Below are positions 51,294 through 59,450 of a stretch of 64,000 bases of DNA, in pieces; within the stretch, counting starts at the first letter, position 1, and every line of letters starts with the position of its first letter. Made by a program: the position numbers and the translations under genes. Below the pieces are notes generated by a model. It ran no database searches. It saw nothing but the letters and a program-made list of their open reading frames with translations, and was not told the origin of the DNA. The DNA comes from Nitrospirota bacterium (GTDB lineage: Bacteria; Nitrospirota; 9FT-COMBO-42-15; HDB-SIOI813), in assembly GCA_016212215.1 (NCBI GenBank), contig JACRGV010000009.1, positions 63-64,062 of the forward strand. Direction: 5' to 3'.

Positions 51294-51410
51294 CAACCCC
51301 CATCCCCACCCTAACCCTCCCCTTGAAGGGCAGGGAAATTTCCTCTCCCTCAGGGAGAGGATTAAAGCTTGCCCCCGAAGTAGTTATCGGGGGGGTGAGG
51401 GTGGGGTTTT
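51294..51410 (-). repeat. inverted family A repeat with nested ~27-nt hairpin insert
   Basis: reverse complement of the 44345 copy, plus AGCTTGCCCCCGAAGTAGTTATCGGGG. Confidence 0.8.
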
Positions 51411-51437
51411 CTTTGCCCTTATATTAGAGGAGTGAAA

Positions 51438-51680
51438 ATGGGTAACAATGTCTCCGACAAATTATCTATAATTGAAATCCTCGAAGAAGCCATCAAAAAA
51501 GAGCATGCATCCTGTGAGTTTTACAACAATGCTGCTTCTTCCGCTCTAAAACCTTCATCAAAAAAGATGTTCCATAAACTCGCAGAGATGGAGATGGGAC
51601 ATGCCAATGAACTTAAAAGGCACCTGTTAGATGTTGAGGCTCAGTTGCTCATTGACAAGGCTTTAACATCGAATTTCTGA
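51438..51680 (+). CDS. small ferritin-like/rubrerythrin-family protein
   Basis: AI..E.....FY...A......F..LA..E..H. Confidence 0.8.
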   Translation: MGNNVSDKLSIIEILEEAIKKEHASCEFYNNAASSALKPSSKKMFHKLAEMEMGHANELKRHLLDVEAQLLIDKALTSNF

Positions 51681-52040
51681 TAAACCCTCATGAGCGAGGC
51701 GCTCACAAAGGACAATGAAAACCCCACCCTCACCCTAACCCTCTCCCTGAGGGAGAGGGGGCTATGTTGATTCCCTCCCCTTCAAGGGGAGGGGTAGGGT
51801 GGGGATGGGGTTGATTTTTGGATGAACCGCCATGAGCCTTCGGCTCACAAAGGTACATGAAAATGAGGCCCCCTCACCCGGAGCCCCCCTCCTGCCTCCC
51901 CCCGCAAAGGAGGGGGGAGAAATTTGGTAGGAATTTAATTGCAGCTCTCCCGCCAGGGGAGAGGGATGCTAAGTTTTTCCCCCTCCCTTGACGGGAGGGG
52001 GTTAGGGGGAGGGTGAGCTATGGAGATTTTCGGATGAACT
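51674..52040 (+). repeat. composite array: linker - A - linker - compound B - half linker
   Basis: linkers at 51674-51721 and 51815-51863. Confidence 0.9.
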
Positions 52041-52076
52041 TTCAATTACTCAGCAAATCAACAATTCTAAGAGGAG

Positions 52077-53054
52077 GTGAGGAAGATGGATATTGAAAAG
52101 AGAGACCTTCTTCAGTTGTACTACTATCTTAAATTGACCCGGAGCGTTGAAAACCGTGTTACAGCATTATACCGGCAGGGAAAGATCCTTGGCGGGGTAT
52201 GGACCAGCAATGGTATGGAGGCCATATCTGTCGGATACTCATACGCCCTTGGGATTAATGATGTCATTGCACCATATTTCCGGGACATGGGGGCATACCT
52301 TGTAAGGGGCATAACCCCTAAAAGGATTTTTGCACAGTACTTAGGTAAGAAGACCGGCGTAACAGGCGGCAAAGAGGGAAATGTGCATGTCGGTGATATT
52401 AACCTGAATGTTCTGGGTTATCCGAGTCATCTTGCTGATAACTATCCTGTTGCAGTCGGGGTTGCCCTTTCATTTAAGGTTAGAAATGAAAAACGTGTTG
52501 TTGCCGCATGTACAGGAGATGGGGGCACAAGCAGGGGTGATTTCCATGAGGCATTGAATATGGCATCTGTATGGAAGGTGCCTGTAGTATTTTTCTGCAA
52601 TAACAATCAGTATGCCTATTCAACCCCATTGAAATTGCAGATGGCTATTGAAAATGTCGCTGACCGTGCATTGGCTTATGGAATCCCATCGGAGGTTGTG
52701 GATGGCAATGATGTTATTGCAGTGTATAATGCCGCAAAGAATGCTTATGATAGGGCACGGTCAGGTGAAGGGCCTTCCTTTATTGAATGTAAGACCATGC
52801 GTATGCACGGACATTCAGAACACGATGCAGCAAAATACGTCCCGCTGGAGCTTTTGGAAGAGTGGAAGAAAAAAGACCCTGTAATTAAAATGGAACATTA
52901 TTTAACAACTAACAAAATAGCAACACAAGAGGAGCTTTTGGTCTTGGACGAACGCATAAAAAATGAGATTCAGGCCGCAGAAGAGTTTGCTGAAAACAGC
53001 CCGCTTCCTGAAGGAAGGGATGCATTGGAAGGGGTGTATGCAACGGCATTGTAG
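52077..53054 (+). CDS. pdhA: 2-oxoacid (pyruvate/branched-chain) dehydrogenase E1 alpha
   Basis: GDGGTS.GDFHEALN, NNQYAYST, RMHGHS. Confidence 0.88.
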   Translation: MRKMDIEKRDLLQLYYYLKLTRSVENRVTALYRQGKILGGVWTSNGMEAISVGYSYALGINDVIAPYFRDMGAYLVRGITPKRIFAQYLGKKTGVTGGKEGNVHVGDINLNVLGYPSHLADNYPVAVGVALSFKVRNEKRVVAACTGDGGTSRGDFHEALNMASVWKVPVVFFCNNNQYAYSTPLKLQMAIENVADRALAYGIPSEVVDGNDVIAVYNAAKNAYDRARSGEGPSFIECKTMRMHGHSEHDAAKYVPLELLEEWKKKDPVIKMEHYLTTNKIATQEELLVLDERIKNEIQAAEEFAENSPLPEGRDALEGVYATAL

Positions 53055-53068
53055 AGATGAGCGTAGGG

Positions 53069-53263
53069 GAGAAGTAAGAAGTTAGAAGTAAGAAGTTAGA
53101 AGCAAGAAGTAAGAAGTTAGAAGTAAGAAGGCTGAAGACTGGAGGTAGGAGTCCGGAACAAGATTTTTTAACTCAGACAGGACCATCTGTCATCCCCGAG
53201 TTCCTCTATCGGGGATATAGCTTATATAAAAACAGATTCCCGCTTAATGACTGCGGGAATGAC
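53069..53263 (+). repeat. AGAAGTN heptamer tract plus GTCAT...ATGAC REP-like element
   Basis: about nine heptamers at 53069-53130; GTCATCCCCGA..TCGGGGAT...ATTCCCGC..GCGGGAATGAC at 53189-53263. Confidence 0.85.
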
Positions 53264-53289
53264 AATAGAGGTACGAAAATTGGAGGGTT

Positions 53290-54261
53290 ATGGAGATTAC
53301 ATATCTTGAGGCAATACGGCAGGCTTTGGATGAAGAGTTAGCACGGGATAAGGATGTGTTTCTGCTTGGTGAGGATATTGGAAACTATGGTGGGGCATTC
53401 CGTGTTACAGAGGGGTTTTATGAGAAGTATGGGAGGTGGAGGATTATTGATACGCCGCTTTCTGAATAAGGCTTTACCGGCGCTGCGATAGGTGCGGCAT
53501 TGATGGGGATGAGACCGGTTGTTGAGATGCAGTTTGCAGATTTTATCTCCTGTGCCTTTGACCAGATTGTAAATGTGGCGGCAAAAAATTATTACAGGTG
53601 GGGAGGTAAAACACCAATGGTTATCAGGGCGCCTTTTGGAGGAAATGTACACGGCGGTGCATTCCACTCACAGTGTCCGGAAGGGTGGTTCTTCAATGTA
53701 CCGGGATTAAAGATCGTGGCCCCATCCAACCCTTATGATGCAAAGGGGCTTTTGAAATCTGCAATCAGGGATGATGACCCTGTTATATATTTTGAACACA
53801 AGTTTCTTTATCGCAGGATAAAAGGGGATGTCCCTGATAATGATTATGTAGTCCCCCTTGGAAAGGTAAATGTTGTAAGGGAAGGTGAGGATATTTCTAT
53901 AATAACTTATGGTGCAATGACGCACATTGCCTTAGAGGCATCAAAGACCCTTGGAGATGACGGGATAAGTGCAGAGATAGTGGATTTAAGGACACTTTTA
54001 CCGCTTGATAAAGAAGGAATTTATAAATCTGTTAAAAAGACCAACAAGGTCATTGTCCTGTATGAAACAGCAAAGACAGGCGGTATCGGCGCTGAGGTCT
54101 CAGCATTAATTGCAGAGGATATGTTTGAATACCTTGACAGCCCCGTAGTCCGCATCGCTGCACCCGATACACCGGTACCATTCAGTCCCCCATTAGAAGA
54201 ATTCTATCTGCCTAAGGCAGAAGATGTGGTGAAGGCCGCGAGGAGACTGGCAGCTTATTAA
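53290..54261 (+). pseudogene. pdhB: 2-oxoacid dehydrogenase E1 beta with premature TAA at codon 60
   Basis: ATG 53290 [22 protein letters not shown] (TAA 53467-53469), in frame with ORF 53500-54261. Confidence 0.85.
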
Positions 54262-54265
54262 GCAT

Positions 54266-54382
54266 AGGCTGAAGGCTGAAGGTAGAAGCAAGAGGCAAGA
54301 AGTTAGAAGTTAGATTGCTATATGATCTAAAATTCCCTCCCCTTCAAGGGGAGGGTTAGGGTGGGGATGGGGTTGTTTTTCA
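54266..54382 (+). repeat. heptamer tract plus family A repeat
   Basis: AGGCTGA AGGCTGA...AGAAGTT AGAAGTT; family A abuts ATG 54383. Confidence 0.85.
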
Positions 54383-55723
54383 ATGCATGAAATAATAATG
54401 CCACAGATGGGTGAAAGCGTTGTTGAAGGGACGATATTAAAGTGGCTTGTTGATGAAGGTCAGCGAGTAGAGAAAGACCATCCCCTTGTTGAAATCAGTA
54501 CAGATAAGATTGACACTGAAATACCGTCACCTTTCTCAGGGATATTAAAAACCATAGTTCACAAGCAAGATGAGACCGTTCCTGTAGGGAAAGTTATTGC
54601 GTTTATTGAGGAATTTAAGGATGATGAAAAAATACCCCCTCCCCTTAATCCCCTCCCGCGAGGGGAGGGGAAATTAATGGTGCAAACGGGGGGAGAGGGT
54701 GCTAAGCTTATCTCACCTCCCTTGAGGGGAGTTCCTTCGTTTGTCCCCTCCCCCTTGACGGGGGAGGGCCAGGGTGGGGGTGAGCAAGAGCAAAGAAATA
54801 TATTTACCCCTCTCGTAAAACGCCTCTCCAGAGAATACGGTATTGACCTGGATGAGATTAATAAGATTACCGGTACAGGTGCAGGGGGCAGGATTACGAA
54901 AGATGATATTCTGGACTATGTTGAGAGAACCCAAAAGATGCCGCTTATTGCTATTGCAAAACCATCTCCTGTTGAGGCAATAAAACCTGAAACAAGAGAA
55001 GAGATTATTCCTTTGAGCAATAAGCGAAGGATCATTGCAGAGAGGATGGTTAAAAGTAAAACAGAGATACCTCATGTCACAACAACATTCGAAGCAGACC
55101 TGACAGGTATCACCCGATTCAGGTCTTTGAATAAAGACATCATATTAAAAGAACATGGTGTTCACCTCACCTTTCTTCCTTTTATTATTAATGCTGTTAC
55201 TTCAACGATCAGGAAGTATCCCATACTTAATGCTATGTGGAATGGAAATGAGATTATAATTAAAAAATATATAAATATCGGGATAGCTGTTTCATTGGAG
55301 GACGGCCTTATAGTCCCTGTTATTAAAGATGCTGATAAAAAGGGACTGGTAGAGCTTGCAAGAGAGAGCCAGGAACTCGCAAAGCGTGCACGAGAGAAGA
55401 ACCTCGGATTGGAAGACCTGCAGGATGGGACGTTTACTATCACTAACTATGGCATTGGAGGGAGTCTGTTTGGGACTCCAATAATTCTGCCGTCACAAAC
55501 AGCAATACTAGGAATCGGTGCAATTATGAAGAGGGCTGTTGTTATAGGTGATGCCATAGCAATCAGGGACATGGTTTATCTAAGCCTCTCATTTGACCAC
55601 CGCGTTATTGACGGTGCACAGGCTGACCGGTTCATGGCAGATGTTAAAGAAGATCTGGAAGGATGGAGAGGTAAGATTGAAAAGGTGTCTGCTGATGCGT
55701 CCGGGTTTGGTGGAGTATGGTAA
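54383..55723 (+). CDS. pdhC: dihydrolipoamide acyltransferase E2 with repeat-derived in-frame linker
   Basis: lipoyl EISTDKID.E, E3-binding GTGAGGRITK, catalytic FDHRVIDG. Confidence 0.92.
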   Translation: MHEIIMPQMGESVVEGTILKWLVDEGQRVEKDHPLVEISTDKIDTEIPSPFSGILKTIVHKQDETVPVGKVIAFIEEFKDDEKIPPPLNPLPRGEGKLMVQTGGEGAKLISPPLRGVPSFVPSPLTGEGQGGGEQEQRNIFTPLVKRLSREYGIDLDEINKITGTGAGGRITKDDILDYVERTQKMPLIAIAKPSPVEAIKPETREEIIPLSNKRRIIAERMVKSKTEIPHVTTTFEADLTGITRFRSLNKDIILKEHGVHLTFLPFIINAVTSTIRKYPILNAMWNGNEIIIKKYINIGIAVSLEDGLIVPVIKDADKKGLVELARESQELAKRAREKNLGLEDLQDGTFTITNYGIGGSLFGTPIILPSQTAILGIGAIMKRAVVIGDAIAIRDMVYLSLSFDHRVIDGAQADRFMADVKEDLEGWRGKIEKVSADASGFGGVW

Positions 55724-56342
55724 GGCATGGGATATCCAGAGAGAACTATTCTTTGCAAGGTCCAACAATGAGATTGAAGATACCTTAGTCCTGCTGCAGC
55801 ATCCCCCGACTTACACGTTCGGCCGTTCAAGTGAGCGTCCAAGTGAGATAGCACAACCGTTGCTCAAAGAGTCTCCTCAGAAAGGAGACGTTAATAGCGC
55901 ATCTATCTATTTTGTAGACAGGGGAGGAGGTGCTGCCTACCACGGGCCAGGCCAGATATTGGGGTATCCTATTCTATATTTAAAGTCTTACACCCCTGAT
56001 TTTCATACATACCTGAGGATGCTTGAAGATGTAATTATAAAAACCCTTAAAGACTTTCAGATTGAATCACAAAGGATAAATGGATATACAGGTGTGTGGG
56101 TGGATAACAAAAAAATAGGTTGTATCGGCGTCAGGATTATAAAGGGGTTCACTATGCATGGGTTTTCAATAAACGTAAACAATGACCTGAGTCCTTATGA
56201 AAAGATAATTCCATGCAATATTAAAGATGTAAAGATGATGTCTATTCAAGAAATTATTGAGAGAGTGCCGGATATATCAACTGTTGAGGAAAGAATAATA
56301 AGGAATTTTTCTGAAGTATTTCATGTAATGTTTGAGATATAA
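55677..56342 (+). CDS. lipB: lipoyl(octanoyl) transferase
   Basis: LLQHPP.YT.GR, DRGG...YHGPGQ, GVWV..KKI..IG, HGF..N, I.PC; probable TTG start at 55677. Confidence 0.92.
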   Translation: MKRCLLMRPGLVEYGKAWDIQRELFFARSNNEIEDTLVLLQHPPTYTFGRSSERPSEIAQPLLKESPQKGDVNSASIYFVDRGGGAAYHGPGQILGYPILYLKSYTPDFHTYLRMLEDVIIKTLKDFQIESQRINGYTGVWVDNKKIGCIGVRIIKGFTMHGFSINVNNDLSPYEKIIPCNIKDVKMMSIQEIIERVPDISTVEERIIRNFSEVFHVMFEI

Positions 56343-56365
56343 TATACAAAAAGGAGGATAGTGCC

Positions 56366-56926
56366 ATGAAAAAGAAGCTAATAGTATTATCCCTGTTACT
56401 TTCAGGGATTACAGGTAGTTTTTTCATACCGCAAAAAGGCTATTCACAGACGGCCCCGGAGGCATCTTCAGTTTCTTAAGAAACAATTTCAAGGGATGCA
56501 GATGTTAATACAGAACTGCCGGCATCGGCAATCTTTTCTACAGGAGAGATTGAGGCTGTGCGTCAGCAATGGCTTGACCAGCGGGAGTTGATAGATTCAA
56601 TGGTTGATAATAGTCCGGCAAGTCCTGCAGGTCTTCCATTAAAGAAAGGCAGGGAGGTCAACCTGATTGACCCTGCTATAATGGAAATACCAAGTACGAT
56701 TACTATAAGCCGAAATAACAAAAATACCATTGCCAATGGTGCAGGAGGAAGTGTTCTTGCTGAACCTGCTGCTGCAAGCGAAGGGGCAGAAGTTTTTTAT
56801 ACAGGAAATAATTATGCATCATATTCTACAAATGGCGGCGCTATATGGGTTAATGTTCCTATACCGGCAGGTCCTGCCGATGCCTCGCTCCCATGCTGTG
56901 ATAATGATGTAATCCATGACAAAGGG
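56366..56926 (+). pseudogene. truncated secreted protein (Asp-box/BNR-like) with internal stop
   Basis: AGGAGG RBS, ATG 56366, signal peptide, TAA 56477-56479 in frame with ORF 56558; YSTNGGAIW and CCD; frame runs into repeats at 56927. Confidence 0.7.
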
Positions 56927-57050
56927 CAGCAAGAAGTTAGAAGCAAGAAGTTAGAAGTAAAGATTGGCTGCCACTTCCCTATTTTTAGCTTTCCCCCCTC
57001 CATTGACGGGAGGGGTTAGGGGGAGGGTGAGCTATGGGTATTTCCGAGTG
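56927..57050 (+). repeat. heptamer tract plus family B repeat
   Basis: AGCAAGA AGTTAGA AGCAAGA AGTTAGA; B at 56991-57035. Confidence 0.85.
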
Positions 57051-57320
57051 AAACATAAGATTATACATATCTCAATCTTATTCTCAATCTCAATCCTTAC
57101 CTTATTTTCCACCTCCTGCAATTATCAGTCAAAAGAAAAGAATGTTGATTCAATCAAAAATCTTCATAAACAAACAGAAGGCACTTATCCTTTAAATAAA
57201 GAAGAGATTAAACAGGATACAAATGTTGACTATGAGAAACCTGCCCCGCCTCTCACCCCTGAGGAAAGACAAAGATTAATTGACAGTACAGAAAAAGAAG
57301 ACAAGGACGATAAGAAATAG
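57048..57320 (+). CDS. small putative lipoprotein
   Basis: GTG start, hydrophobic stretch, STSC lipobox. Confidence 0.6.
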   Translation: MKHKIIHISILFSISILTLFSTSCNYQSKEKNVDSIKNLHKQTEGTYPLNKEEIKQDTNVDYEKPAPPLTPEERQRLIDSTEKEDKDDKK

Positions 57321-57324
57321 TAAC

Positions 57325-57394
57325 TGGTACTGTAATTGCAGTAATTTAATAATGACTTTACTAATTGACATGCTGTATTATGGGCATATATAAT
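57325..57394 (+). promoter_or_regulatory. tandem sigma54 and sigma70 promoters
   Basis: TGGTACTGTAATTGCA at 57325-57340; TTGACA-N18-TATAAT at 57365-57394. Confidence 0.55.
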
Positions 57395-57418
57395 CTGTTC
57401 AACTTATTTCAGAATTAA

Positions 57419-58417
57419 TTGGGGTTATCAGTGAATAATAAGCTCCGGATTATACTCATCTTTTCTGTTTTTTATTTTGCTGTAAGTGTCGGTACCGCAT
57501 TCTGTTCTGAGATTGCTGTTATCAAAAGTCAGGATTTGCCTATTTATCAGCAGGCATTGGATGGCTTTAAGAAGATATATAGGGGAAAGGTAAGTGAGTA
57601 TGACCTGAAAGGCAGGCCGGATGAATCTGCTGATATTATTATCGCATTAAAGAAAGACCCTCCTGACCTTATACTTACGATTGGACTATATGCAGCTAGG
57701 ATGGCGAAAGAAAATTTTTCTCAAACTCCGGTTGTTTATTGCATGGTTTATGATCCGCTGCGTTTATCTCTGTCAGGGGGAAATATAACAGGAGTAAGTC
57801 TGGAAACCAATCCAATGGACACCTTTATGAGAATAAAGGATTTTTTCCCTTCATCAAAAAGAATAGGAGTTTTATTTGATCCGGTTAAATCCGGAAAGAC
57901 TGTGAATCAGGCTATGATTGCTGCTCAAAGGTCAGGCTTAACACTTATAGCAGAAGAGGTAACATCTGAAAAACAGATTCCGGATGCGCTCAGGGCTATT
58001 CAGCATAAAATAGATCTCCTCTGGATGATTCCCGACAGCACTGTTGTTACAGCAGAATCCATTGACTTTATATTTTTGACTGCCCTTGAAAACAACACCC
58101 CTGTAATATCCTTTTCAGATGAAATGGTAAGGAAGGGGGCTGTTATGGCAATTTTACCTGATTATCATTCAGTTGGGGAACAGGCCGGCCGTCTGGCAAT
58201 TGATATTCTAAGGGGTAAGAGCCCGGCAAAGATTCCGGTGACCCTTTCAGAAAAGATACGGACATTGATTAATCCCGGCATTGCTAAAAAGATAGGCATT
58301 GAAATTAACGCAGACCATGTTCGTTCCACAAAGTCATACCGGATAGAGTTGTATACGCCGGAGACGAATGTAGGTAAAATCCAGCGGCAATCTAATACTA
58401 AGAAGATATATGAATAA
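57419..58417 (+). CDS. ABC_sub_bind-type periplasmic binding protein
   Basis: signal peptide, NITGVS, RIGVLFDP, G.QAG.LA..IL.G..P, IN...A..IG. Confidence 0.85.
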   Translation: MGLSVNNKLRIILIFSVFYFAVSVGTAFCSEIAVIKSQDLPIYQQALDGFKKIYRGKVSEYDLKGRPDESADIIIALKKDPPDLILTIGLYAARMAKENFSQTPVVYCMVYDPLRLSLSGGNITGVSLETNPMDTFMRIKDFFPSSKRIGVLFDPVKSGKTVNQAMIAAQRSGLTLIAEEVTSEKQIPDALRAIQHKIDLLWMIPDSTVVTAESIDFIFLTALENNTPVISFSDEMVRKGAVMAILPDYHSVGEQAGRLAIDILRGKSPAKIPVTLSEKIRTLINPGIAKKIGIEINADHVRSTKSYRIELYTPETNVGKIQRQSNTKKIYE

Positions 58418-59186
58418 ATATTCACTAAAAATAAAGATACTCATTCTCTCAGGTTTGGTAATAACAGCGGCCTGTGCAGTTCTTACATTCGTATCTTTTT
58501 ACCAAATCAGAAATACTATGAAGGAAAATTTTATTAACCAGGGGTTTAATCTGGCAAAGAACCTCGCACATAACAGTAGATACGGGGTTTATTCTGAAGA
58601 CAGGGTTATGCTTGAGGAATTAGTGCTTGGGGTACTGCAGGTCGAGGAGGTTATAAATGTCAGTATTTTAAATTCTGAAGGTAAACTTCTTATCCGGAAG
58701 GACATCTTAGGTTCAACATACAACAAGAAAAATGGATTAGTATCCACAACTCATTGGAAGAAGGTTATTGATTCAGAAACCCCTGTTAGTGAACTTGTTG
58801 CCTCAGGTAAGGGTGATGATATTTATTATTTTTATGTGCCGGTAACATCATCATGGATCCACGCAAGCAGTGTCCCTGAGTGGCTCCTTGAGGAAAACAA
58901 TATTTCAAAATCAAAGAATACGGGACTAATGAAGCTTGGTTTAGTGCAGATAGGGTTGTCCACGGCCCCTTTAAACAAACAGATCAGAAGGATTTTTCTT
59001 TTACTGTTCGGGCTTACCATCTTATGTGCAGGCGGAGCAGTCTGTTTGATATATCTTATTTATACGGCTTATGTCAGGCCGCTTGAAATACTGACTATAG
59101 CTGACCTTCAGTTTTCAGGAGATAACATCTCTAATCCTGTAGTCAACGAGGTCAGGGAAGAAGCAGGTGTACTCACCCATAAATAA
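58410..59186 (+). CDS. membrane sensor module (TM-periplasmic-TM-degenerate HAMP) with no output domain
   Basis: two TM segments, LG.VQIGLS, RPLE.L, EE.G.L then stop. Confidence 0.65.
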   Translation: MNKYSLKIKILILSGLVITAACAVLTFVSFYQIRNTMKENFINQGFNLAKNLAHNSRYGVYSEDRVMLEELVLGVLQVEEVINVSILNSEGKLLIRKDILGSTYNKKNGLVSTTHWKKVIDSETPVSELVASGKGDDIYYFYVPVTSSWIHASSVPEWLLEENNISKSKNTGLMKLGLVQIGLSTAPLNKQIRRIFLLLFGLTILCAGGAVCLIYLIYTAYVRPLEILTIADLQFSGDNISNPVVNEVREEAGVLTHK

Positions 59187-59249
59187 TCTTGCCTCTTTCA
59201 ATAAGAAAATATATAATCCTTCCACTTTGAAAAACCATTTCTCACACAA

Positions 59250-59450
59250 AGACACAAAGGGACTGAAAATTAAATTATCCTTCGACAGGCCTGTCCTGAG
59301 CGAAGCCGAAGGGCTCAGGATGACATCCATGGTGTCATGGTGAACCTGTCGAACCATGACAAGAAAATCAGCGGGACAAGAATGTCCCGCCTATCCTCAT
59401 AGATATGGATAGGCGGGGTTTTCTTACCCCGCCGGAGGGGGCGGATGAAC
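59250..59450 (+). repeat. partial linker, CCTTCGACAGGCTCAGGATGAC-type element and family C doublet
   Basis: elements at 59279-59360 and 59372-59435; ends GCGG-ATGAAC at the next start codon. Confidence 0.82.

Noticed and set aside
53467..53469. Stop-codon reassignment or selenocysteine
   Set aside because: The codon is TAA, which terminates many genes here; no recoding signal is seen.
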